Shown here piece after piece: positions 7,837 to 15,816 of a stretch of 64,000 nucleotides of DNA. The translations under genes and the position numbers were made by a program. The notes under the pieces were generated by a model. That model was not told where the DNA came from, did not search any database, and saw nothing but the letters and a program-made list of their open reading frames with translations. The DNA is from a virus (taxonomy: Duplodnaviria; Caudoviricetes). How positions within the stretch are numbered: the first letter of the stretch is position 1; each line of letters opens with the position of its first letter. The stretch is taken from positions 11,133-75,132 of IMG/VR virus record IMGVR_UViG_3300050146_000027; one strand, 5' to 3'.

Positions 7837-8498
7837 GTGATGTACCTCAAGATAAGTAGGAAGGATGGATCGATGATGATCCCTACAAGAGGCGCAGCCT
7901 CAATGATGTGGGGTAGGCGTGTGGTCGGTGTGGATACCCTATACCCGCACACACATATGACCCAAATCACTATGTCCCCTCATATTTATTCTGAGGATCT
8001 ACTCACTACCGAGATATCTTAGAGGGAGATCGGCCCCTTTCTTTCTTGGTTCATGCCAAGGGCTTCTCACCACAAAAATATATTGTGGGAAGCTATAGGG
8101 GCGAAGCGATCCACATGAGGAGGTAGCACCAAGGCACGTCTGAGCGCAGCGAGGACGTGGCCTGCAGTGCGGACGAGGATGGGGGATTGCTGAGCGCATG
8201 AATGCTACCCACCAATGAAAGAAGGGAGACCTTCACAGATCTCCCTTCAGTGTCGCAGCAGGATTGAGGAGCCTCCCCTGCGACTGTAGCTGTTACCCAC
8301 CTGCTACTGGGGCATGGCGCAACTCGTCGTACAACCAAGAAGCAGCTCCAGTGTAGCGGAGCCCTTTGCCGTAGGCAATGGGCAATAGGGGACACCATCT
8401 CTTGTCTTCATTTTGTTGAAGGAGATTTCTACAGGGTGTGATAGAGTTTAGGCTTACCTTCGTCGAAAGACAACCCTCAATCTTTGTTGGAGAGACCA
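7837..8498. other. Probable genome-terminus / terminal-repeat junction region
   Basis: 660-bp non-coding gap with divergent transcription between gp1 (N4 left end) and the gp69/terminase block (N4 right end); contains several inverted repeats. Confidence 0.65.
7885..7901 (-). promoter_or_regulatory. vRNAP early hairpin promoter (P1-like)
   Basis: Template strand ACAA-GAGGC-GCA-GCCTC: C:G-closed GNA triloop with G at -8, about 50 nt upstream of gp1. Confidence 0.65.
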
Positions 8499-9278
8499 AT
8501 GAACAGCGCACATGACCTGACCGAAGTCGAGATCAAGAACCTGATTGCCCGTGGCACTGCCCCGAAGATCGAAGAGCATGAGATCGAAGCTCTGATTGTC
8601 AAGGAAGAGTTTCACCAGTTTGCAGGCACGACCCTCATCACCTGCGTGTTGACTTTGAAGAACGGCTACACCGTGAGCGGTGAGTCGGCCTGTGCAGATC
8701 CCACCAACTTCAAGGAAGACACTGGCCGTGCTCTGGCCCGCAAGCAAGCCAAGGGCAAGATCTGGTCGCTGGAAGGCTATGTGCTGAAGAACAAGCTGGC
8801 CTTGATCGAAGCAGCAACCAAGCCCACCAAGCCAGATGCAGATGTCAAGACCTACGTCGGTACGAAGGTGGTTCATGCTTGCCCGATGACTCGACTGGCC
8901 TACAACAAGCTCCGTGGTTGGGAGTTGCCTGCAAATGAAAATGGCGATGACGCCGGCTATCTGGTGGAGTACGCCGACGGTGGTGCACCCAACCTGCCCT
9001 CGTTCCGTGGCTACGTCAGTTGGTCCCCCAAGGATGTCTTTGAGAAAGCCTACACCACTGGGGTAACTTTGAAGAAGACCACCTATGTGGAGCGCATGCT
9101 TGAAGAGGTCGCTCAGCTGGGTGAAAAGATCAGGCTGCTGGACAAGTTCATCGAAGGCAGCATCTTTCCGACCATTGACATTCAGGATGGACAAGATCTG
9201 GTGCTTCAGTTGCAGGTCATGAGCGAGTACCACAGCATCCTGAGCCGTCGCTTGCAGCGGGCACAGAAACAAAGCTGA
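8499..9278 (+). CDS. Three-domain fusion: Phage_gp49_66-like + YxGTK...SWSP domain + crAss001_48-like hairpin (putative multi-signal anti-defence sponge)
   Basis: D1: TCVLTLKNGYTVSGESACADPTNF...G..LA...IWSLEGY. D2: YVGTKVVHACPMTR...GYLVEY...YVSWSPKDVFEKAY. D3: YVERMLEE..QL..KI..L..F...LVLQLQVMSEY..IL.RR. RBS GGAG. Confidence 0.75.
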   Translation: MNSAHDLTEVEIKNLIARGTAPKIEEHEIEALIVKEEFHQFAGTTLITCVLTLKNGYTVSGESACADPTNFKEDTGRALARKQAKGKIWSLEGYVLKNKLALIEAATKPTKPDADVKTYVGTKVVHACPMTRLAYNKLRGWELPANENGDDAGYLVEYADGGAPNLPSFRGYVSWSPKDVFEKAYTTGVTLKKTTYVERMLEEVAQLGEKIRLLDKFIEGSIFPTIDIQDGQDLVLQLQVMSEYHSILSRRLQRAQKQS

Positions 9279-9361
9279 AGCTGATCATTGGGGCATCGCG
9301 CCGCAGGCGCGAGCTACTCCAAGAGTAGCGAGCCCCTCTTACGACATAAGTAGGAAGAACC

Positions 9362-9601
9362 ATGCCCGATTACCTGGACCCCTTTGGGAACTACGACCAC
9401 ATCAAGTCACTGCCGATGGCAGAGGCCGTTGCCCGAGCCAAGGAGATGCAACAGCAGATCCTTGCCTTACATGAAGAAGTCTCCAAGGAGATCCGCATGC
9501 ATGTGTCGACTGTGAAGAGCCGCGAGACGATCCGTGCCAAGATTGCTGTACTCCAAGAAGAGATGAAGTTCCTTCTTGTTCGTAGTGCACTAGCAACCTA
9601 A
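9362..9601 (+). CDS. Coiled-coil hypothetical protein
   Basis: 79-aa ORF with RBS TAGGA. Confidence 0.6.
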   Translation: MPDYLDPFGNYDHIKSLPMAEAVARAKEMQQQILALHEEVSKEIRMHVSTVKSRETIRAKIAVLQEEMKFLLVRSALAT

Positions 9602-9615
9602 GTAGGAAGAAGATC

Positions 9616-10290
9616 ATGACATTGACCGTAGCTGACGTTGCTAAGGCCCTGCCCCCCAATCTCAAGGGGGCAGCCACTCCTGAGTTCGTTGACCAGATCA
9701 ACAACATCGTGACTGACCCGGAGGTGGCCCAGCATGTGCGGGACAACTTCATCAGCTACACCAAAGTCTTGCAGGATGGGAAGTTCAAGACTGAGGACTA
9801 CCTGCATGCGGTGACTTACGTCAGCTTCAAGCTCATGGGGCTCTCCAATCAGGATGCCTACTTCCGTACCTTCCCGGCTCGACATGCTCGACTGGTAGCG
9901 GCCGGCACTTCATCGAAAGACATTGCCGCCTACGTCTCGGGCTACAACCGAGGCAAGTTGGTGAACCTGATCCTGGAGCAAAGCTTGGTGCCCACCTGGG
10001 TTCTGAACCAAGACATCTACCAGAAGGCCATCAACGTGCAGGCTGACTTGATGGCCAATGCCATGAGTGAGCTGGTTCGCACGCAGGCAGCCAACTCGCT
10101 GCTGACTCACCTGGCCAAGCCCAAGGAAGCCGGCCCGCTGGTAAACATCGACATGCGTGAGAGCTCTGGCATGAACGAACTCAAGGACACCCTCACCAAA
10201 TTGGCACTGCAGCAGCAAGCTCTGATCCAAGCCGGTGTGTCTACCAAATCGATCGCTGAACAGAACATCATTGATGTGGAGGCCAAGTAA
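9616..10290 (+). CDS. N4 gp69 homolog (conserved gene upstream of terminase, possible small subunit)
   Basis: ALPPNLK...RDNFISYTKVLQDGKFKTEDYLHAV.YVSFKLMG.SNQDAY motif; synteny. Confidence 0.8.
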   Translation: MTLTVADVAKALPPNLKGAATPEFVDQINNIVTDPEVAQHVRDNFISYTKVLQDGKFKTEDYLHAVTYVSFKLMGLSNQDAYFRTFPARHARLVAAGTSSKDIAAYVSGYNRGKLVNLILEQSLVPTWVLNQDIYQKAINVQADLMANAMSELVRTQAANSLLTHLAKPKEAGPLVNIDMRESSGMNELKDTLTKLALQQQALIQAGVSTKSIAEQNIIDVEAK

Positions 10291-11882
10291 TGACCGCTCT
10301 CATCAAACAAGACTTGGATCTGTGGTTGGATCAAGTCAACTACGCAGACATCAACAGCTCGTTGTATCTGCCGTCTGAGTTTGCACTGACGTTCATGAAC
10401 TTCATCAAGTTGGTGAACGGGAGCCAAGGAGAAAGCAACAAGACTCCTGCAGTTCACTTGAAGATGCTGGACAAGGTTGTGGGTCCAAGCGACTACATTG
10501 CCAACCTCTGCTTTCGTGGTGCAGCAAAGACCACGCTCTTCATGGAATACTTCAGTCTGTTCCTTGGAGTATTCCACTGTCTGCCAGGATTCGGTGCTAT
10601 TGATGGGATGATCTACGTCTCAGACTCTATGGACAACGGCGTCAAGTCAGCACGGAAGAACATTGAGTTCCGCTACAACAACAGTGAGTTCTTGCAGCAG
10701 TGGATTCCGGAAGCGAAGTTTACTGACGCCTACATCGAGTTCAAGAACCGATCGGGCGAGATGCTGGGCATCAAGATGTTCGGTGCCAAGACCGGTCTGC
10801 GGGGTACGAAAATCTTTGGCAAGCGCCCTGTCATTGCCATCCTTGATGACTTGGTGAGTGATGATGACGCCAACTCCAAAGCGGCCATGAGCACCATCAA
10901 GGACACGGTCTACAAGGGCGTGAACCATGCACTGGATCCAACCCGTCGCAAGGTGATTTTCAACGGCACTCCGTTCAACAAGGATGACATCCTGATCGAA
11001 GCGGTTGAATCTGGTGGCTGGGATGTGAACGTCTGGCCAGTCTGCGAAAGGTTTCCATGCAGCCGAGAAGAGTTTGTCGGTGCTTGGCCAGATCGATTCA
11101 GCTACGACTACATCCAAAGTCAGTACGAGCTGGCTGAGAAAACCGGGAAGCTGTCTGGTTTCTACCAAGAGCTCATGCTTCGCATCTCGTCTGAGGATGA
11201 GCGCCTTGTGCAAGATGCAGAAATTCGCTGGTACAAGCGGGCGCAGATCCTCAGCAACAAGGGGATGTACAACTTCTACATCACGACTGACTTTGCCACA
11301 AGCAAAAAACAGACCGCCGATTACAACGTGATCAGCGTTTGGGCCTACAATGCCAATGGCGATTGGTTCTGGGTAGATGGTATCTATGTTCGTCAGACCA
11401 TGGATCACACGATCAACGATCTGTTCCGGCTGGTGCAAGCGTACCGACCACAGCAAGTAGGCGTCGAGATCACAGGCCAGCAGGGTGCTTTCATTCAGTG
11501 GCTTCAGCAAGAAATGCTGAGTCGGAATATCTGGTTCAACTTTGCCAGCTCCGAGAAAAGCAATGAGCCCGGCATTCGTCCTTCTGTTGACAAGCTGCAG
11601 CGATTCAACCTTGTTGTCCCTTGGTTCAAGACCGGCAAGATGTACTTCCCTGAAGAGATGCGGCAAAGTACCATCATGGGTGCGTTCATGCAGCAGATTC
11701 GTTTGACCACGATGTCTGGCATCAAAGGCAAGGATGACTGCCTGGATACCATCTCGATGCTCGGATACTTGAAACCCTGGAAGCCGGCCGACGCTGTACC
11801 ATTGAGTCAGCGTGACGATGGCGTCTGGGAACCAGATGAAGAAGAGGCATCGCCGTCTGCTTTGTCTTCCTACCTTGTGTGA
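10290..11882 (+). CDS. terL: Terminase large subunit (gp68)
   Basis: Walker A-like CFRGAAKTT, Walker B ILDDL, nuclease YITTDFATS and GKDDCLDTISM. Confidence 0.95.
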   Translation: MTALIKQDLDLWLDQVNYADINSSLYLPSEFALTFMNFIKLVNGSQGESNKTPAVHLKMLDKVVGPSDYIANLCFRGAAKTTLFMEYFSLFLGVFHCLPGFGAIDGMIYVSDSMDNGVKSARKNIEFRYNNSEFLQQWIPEAKFTDAYIEFKNRSGEMLGIKMFGAKTGLRGTKIFGKRPVIAILDDLVSDDDANSKAAMSTIKDTVYKGVNHALDPTRRKVIFNGTPFNKDDILIEAVESGGWDVNVWPVCERFPCSREEFVGAWPDRFSYDYIQSQYELAEKTGKLSGFYQELMLRISSEDERLVQDAEIRWYKRAQILSNKGMYNFYITTDFATSKKQTADYNVISVWAYNANGDWFWVDGIYVRQTMDHTINDLFRLVQAYRPQQVGVEITGQQGAFIQWLQQEMLSRNIWFNFASSEKSNEPGIRPSVDKLQRFNLVVPWFKTGKMYFPEEMRQSTIMGAFMQQIRLTTMSGIKGKDDCLDTISMLGYLKPWKPADAVPLSQRDDGVWEPDEEEASPSALSSYLV

Positions 11883-12556
11883 GGCCCAACATGCATTTGT
11901 CTCAATTGCTCAAAGAACTTTCCTTCTCGGAGTTCTCCAACCTTGCTGTTGGGGAAAGTGGCTCTGGAGAAATCTCTGAAATGCGGCTGCCCTCTGTCGT
12001 TGCTGCAGTGAATGGTGCCCTGCTCCGGATCTACTCCAAGTTTCTACAGGACCACAAGACCGTGGTCTTGAAGAAGCTCGCCAATCAAACTCGTTACGTC
12101 ATCTCGTCTGAGTTTGCTGAATCGACGGCGGCCGCTGTGCCCTACGTCATGGATGCAGCTGATCCTTTCAAGGACAACATCCTGAAGATCATCAGCGTGA
12201 ACTACCAGAGTGGCGGGGACTCCAAGGCAATCACAGTCAACGTCCCTCGCACTGTGAACCTGCCTGAAGATGTGCCGGCTGGTACGTTGTTCCTTGTCAA
12301 GTTTCGGGCCAGTCATCCTGAGGTTGTCTACGATGACGACACCTTCATTGAAGCACCGCCTTCAGCATTCGAAGCGATCAAGGCCTATGTCGCCTACAAA
12401 GAATACTCAGCCATGAACACCGAAACTGGTGTGGCAAAGGGTCAAGAGTACCTGGCATCATTCAATGCCCTCTGTGCTGAGCTTACGAATAGCGATACCA
12501 TCGGTGTCACTGAAGAGTTCACTGACACCAAGTTTTCTGATCGAGGGTATGTATGA
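11879..12556 (+). CDS. N4 gp67 homolog (virion head-tail/adaptor protein)
   Basis: LSFSEFSNLAVG, N.ALLRIYSKF and C-terminal DTKFSDRGYV; position after terL. Confidence 0.75.
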   Translation: MRPNMHLSQLLKELSFSEFSNLAVGESGSGEISEMRLPSVVAAVNGALLRIYSKFLQDHKTVVLKKLANQTRYVISSEFAESTAAAVPYVMDAADPFKDNILKIISVNYQSGGDSKAITVNVPRTVNLPEDVPAGTLFLVKFRASHPEVVYDDDTFIEAPPSAFEAIKAYVAYKEYSAMNTETGVAKGQEYLASFNALCAELTNSDTIGVTEEFTDTKFSDRGYV

Positions 12557-12939
12557 GCTGCACCACCAACACCACAGTGTCTTCACGCCGTCGGTCGAAG
12601 CAACTTGATCTGCTGATTGAGCAAGGTGCCACGTTCTCCATTCCGATCGTCTACAAAGAAGATACTCTTCCTGTGGACCTGACTGGTGCCACAGTGCACT
12701 GCCAGTTTCGAGAAAAGATCAACTCTCCTCTTGCTCTTTTGAATCTGTCTTCTGGAGTGAATGGTGGTCTGGTGGTCACTGCCCTTGAAGGCAAGATTGT
12801 CATGACGATCACTGGTGCACAGACTGACGTGATGAAGATCTGGACGGGCGTGTGGGACATGGTGATCACGTTCCCCTCCGGTGAGAAGTTCCGCATCCTC
12901 AAGGGCCAGTGGACGCTGGACCGTGGAGTTACCCGATGA
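12553..12939 (+). CDS. Fibre-attachment beta-sandwich protein (LtfC/BppU-like)
   Basis: LLIEQGATF...PVDLTGATVHCQFR...GVWDMVITFPSGEKFRILKG pattern typical of tail-fibre adaptor proteins. Confidence 0.65.
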   Translation: MSCTTNTTVSSRRRSKQLDLLIEQGATFSIPIVYKEDTLPVDLTGATVHCQFREKINSPLALLNLSSGVNGGLVVTALEGKIVMTITGAQTDVMKIWTGVWDMVITFPSGEKFRILKGQWTLDRGVTR

Positions 12940-14840
12940 GCGAATGGACTGCACCCACTGTTGAGATTGACACTGCAATCGATGTCGTGTCAGAGGTGCC
13001 TGTCGAGACGCCGGTGATTATTCTTCTTGGTTCCAGCTCCAGCATTGAAGTCGCTACCAGTGGAGCAGAGGTCGTCATTGATGCCACCCTAGTCGATGAA
13101 GTTGTGGAGGTTTTGACCAAAACCAAAGGCGACAAGGGTGACAAAGGCGATACAGGAGAACGCGGCCTTCGAGGTCTTCGTGGTATTCCTGGCCCTGAAG
13201 GCTTACGTGGTCCAGATGGTCCAGATGGTCCTCGTGGCTTTCGTGGTGCCATGGGTACTGGGGGTGGTCAAGGAAACCAAGGCAATCAAGGTCCTCCTGG
13301 TGAGGTCGATACTGACTTGGTGATTGAGCTCGTCCAGCCTTTGCTGAACGAAGCTGCAGCCATTCCCATTGCAGAGATTCAACAAGATCTGCAGAGCTTG
13401 CCTGGCAGTATCCTGAGCTCGTTCCTGGGTGACCTGGCCGGCCAAGACATTGCAGATGCTGACTGGGCAGCTGGTGACGACGATGTGCACCATGTTGGCA
13501 CGGTAACTCTCACGTCGATGATCAACGACGAGATCTACAACAGCTATCGCAAGACGACAGCCATGCTTGCCCAAGTGGGTGATTCCTTGGGAGCCGTTCG
13601 AAGTGAGCAGTACGCTCAGGCCGAATATGGCCGAGCTACTGCCGGACAACTCACCCAGTTTGTTGCTCAGACTGGCACGAATGTTGCAGCCATTGAGCAG
13701 CGTCTTGAGGTTGTGTCTACTCAGACTTATGCAACTGCCACTGCCCTTGAGCAGTATAGTGTCACGACCGATGGCTCTTTGGCCCAAGTCACCAATCGAA
13801 TTGACCTTCTGGTTGACGACATCGGGGCTACAACCATTCTTCAAAATGAAGCCATTGCTGCAACCAACGGCAATGTGGCTCTGCTTCAAGATACTGTGGA
13901 ACTGCAAGCTGACGACATCGCAGCAACAGCAGAGGATTTGAATTTGTTGTCGGTGTCTGTCGGCCTTATGGGCAGTGACATTACTGAGTTGTATACCTTG
14001 GTGGCTGACAGCGAAGATGGTCGGTTGTCTGCCAATTACCAGCTCAAAGCGCAGGTCACCGATGGCGATCGTGTTGTACTGACTGGGATGGCATTGGGTG
14101 CTTCTGTTGGCGAGAATGGTGATTACCGTTCTGAGATCATCATGATGGCGGATACTATTGGTTTTCTGACAGCCAATGGCGGAACTCTTCATCAACCATT
14201 TACGTTTGATGTTGCAAACGATACTGCTTACCTGAATTCAGTATTCATCAAGGATGCTGACATTACCAATGCCAAGATTGCCAATCTGGCTGTGACATCA
14301 GCCAAGATCGATAACCTGGCTGTGACTGCTGCCAAGATCAATAACCTGGCAGTGACCAATGCCAAGATTGCTTTGTCTGCAATCAAGACAGCGAATATCG
14401 AAGATGCCGCCATTACTCGACTGCAGGTGGCTGATGCTGCCATTGATACACTACAGATCAATGGAAATGCGGTGACGGTGCCTGTTTCAGCGCAGTGGTC
14501 AGGTTATGCGTCAAACTTTAGTGGACAAATAACAAACACGAGTTCATCAAATTTTCAGGGTTCTCCGGTAGTTATATTTGCGCAAGCCACAGTTAGATCC
14601 GGAGGGTACGCGGCAGAAGTAGCCGTTCGGATATATAGAAACGGTACACATATAGCAACTGGCCCGTATACCACTACATACAGGGGCCCGGAAGACCCGA
14701 CCAATGCGTCGTCTACTTTTATATTTATTGATTATCCTGGCGCCGGAACTTTCAATTATGGGGTTGGGTGCTCAAAGTCCCCTGGGGTCTATGACGGCGT
14801 AATTCAAGCGGCAATTGTTGCGTTGGGGGTCAAACGATGA
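12936..14840 (+). CDS. Tail fibre 1: collagen segment + coiled coil + lambda-J/DUF1983-like domain + 10-aa repeats + variable tip
   Basis: 19 GXY triplets; EIIMMADTIGF...PF...YLNSVFIKDADITNAKI; (AKIxNLAVTx)n repeats. Confidence 0.85.
   Translation: MSEWTAPTVEIDTAIDVVSEVPVETPVIILLGSSSSIEVATSGAEVVIDATLVDEVVEVLTKTKGDKGDKGDTGERGLRGLRGIPGPEGLRGPDGPDGPRGFRGAMGTGGGQGNQGNQGPPGEVDTDLVIELVQPLLNEAAAIPIAEIQQDLQSLPGSILSSFLGDLAGQDIADADWAAGDDDVHHVGTVTLTSMINDEIYNSYRKTTAMLAQVGDSLGAVRSEQYAQAEYGRATAGQLTQFVAQTGTNVAAIEQRLEVVSTQTYATATALEQYSVTTDGSLAQVTNRIDLLVDDIGATTILQNEAIAATNGNVALLQDTVELQADDIAATAEDLNLLSVSVGLMGSDITELYTLVADSEDGRLSANYQLKAQVTDGDRVVLTGMALGASVGENGDYRSEIIMMADTIGFLTANGGTLHQPFTFDVANDTAYLNSVFIKDADITNAKIANLAVTSAKIDNLAVTAAKINNLAVTNAKIALSAIKTANIEDAAITRLQVADAAIDTLQINGNAVTVPVSAQWSGYASNFSGQITNTSSSNFQGSPVVIFAQATVRSGGYAAEVAVRIYRNGTHIATGPYTTTYRGPEDPTNASSTFIFIDYPGAGTFNYGVGCSKSPGVYDGVIQAAIVALGVKR
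13128..13304 (+). repeat. Collagen-like Gly-X-Y repeat
   Basis: GDKGDKGDTGERGLRGLRGIPGPE...GNQGNQGPPGE. Confidence 0.9.
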
Positions 14841-15424
14841 TCAAGGTTGCCTACTTTATTCAAGCCGATGGGCAGGTGTTTTCAATCCTCACTGGCCCGT
14901 CGCTTGCGGGTATGCCAGACGCACCTGCCGGTCAATTTGCAACCCTCACGGATTACAGCGGCCCGCTGCCAGCCTACTGGAATGGTTCGACGGTTCAGGC
15001 AATACCCATGCAGCCATCCTCCTCGCACGCCTGGAACTGGTCGACCAAGCAATGGGCCTACGATCTCACCGAAGGCCGGGCGCAGAGCTGGTCCCGCATC
15101 AAGTCCGCCCGTAAATCCGCAGAGTTTGGTCCGTTCGTGTGGGGTGGTCACGTCTTTGATGGTGATGAGGTGTCGCGCAGTCGTTTTGGCGTGGCTCTTG
15201 AGGGGGCCAAAGAAGCGATTTCGGCAGGCAACACAACATGGTCAAAGCCATGGAAACTGGCAAACAACGCTGTCATTATGCTTTCGGCGCCGGATCTTGT
15301 TGAGGTTGTTCGCGCCCACGGCGAGAACATGGAGGCCGCCCACGCCACGGCGGGGGTGCTCTCCTACTTCATCGACGCAGCAACCACTCCTGAAGAACTG
15401 GAGGCAATTCAATGGCCGGTCTAA
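14837..15424 (+). CDS. Tail fibre assembly chaperone (DUF4376-like)
   Basis: WNWSTKQW...SWSRIKSARKSAEFGPF.WGGHVFDGD..S...WKLANN.V..L...IDAATTPEELEAIQW. Confidence 0.8.
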   Translation: MIKVAYFIQADGQVFSILTGPSLAGMPDAPAGQFATLTDYSGPLPAYWNGSTVQAIPMQPSSSHAWNWSTKQWAYDLTEGRAQSWSRIKSARKSAEFGPFVWGGHVFDGDEVSRSRFGVALEGAKEAISAGNTTWSKPWKLANNAVIMLSAPDLVEVVRAHGENMEAAHATAGVLSYFIDAATTPEELEAIQWPV

Positions 15425-15630
15425 AATCTTATTTGTGGAACCTGCTGGTCAGCTTGGACCAGTCCCTGAACACTATCCTTGGAGGGCATCCTGATGAGAC
15501 AATCAGCAGTCGGGCAGCCAAGTCTCGAAAGCAAGGTAAACGTTGGGCATGTATCCTGTGCGACTTGCTCGACAAGCTGGACCCCAATCACTGTGAGAAG
15601 AGCATTGAAGCGGACGAAGGCTTCCATTAA
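15412..15630 (+). CDS. Conserved small tail-module protein
   Basis: LDQSLNTILGGHPDETISSR...W...LD..HC motif, recurrent next to proteobacterial phage fibre genes; function unknown. Confidence 0.65.
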   Translation: MAGLKSYLWNLLVSLDQSLNTILGGHPDETISSRAAKSRKQGKRWACILCDLLDKLDPNHCEKSIEADEGFH

Positions 15631-15645
15631 TTGAAGAGAACAACC

Positions 15646-15816
15646 ATGGCAGCACCTACTCTTGAAAAAATTATTGAGCACCATCTGTCCCAGAATGCTG
15701 GACAGAAGTTGACTCCCCATCTTATTACTGGCTTGGTGATTCTTATTGGTCAGAACATCCGCCAAGCTGATTTGCACAAAGAACCTGCTGTGGTTGCGGA
15801 GGAATCTCATGATTGA
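15646..15816 (+). CDS. Small hypothetical protein
   Basis: 56 aa, overlapping the next gene's RBS and start. Confidence 0.5.
   Translation: MAAPTLEKIIEHHLSQNAGQKLTPHLITGLVILIGQNIRQADLHKEPAVVAEESHD

Noticed and set aside
8361-8383. Hairpin TTGCC-GTA-GGCAA as a third vRNAP promoter
   Set aside because: The loop fits GNA, but position -8 is C rather than G and the -1 to -4 region is not A-rich.
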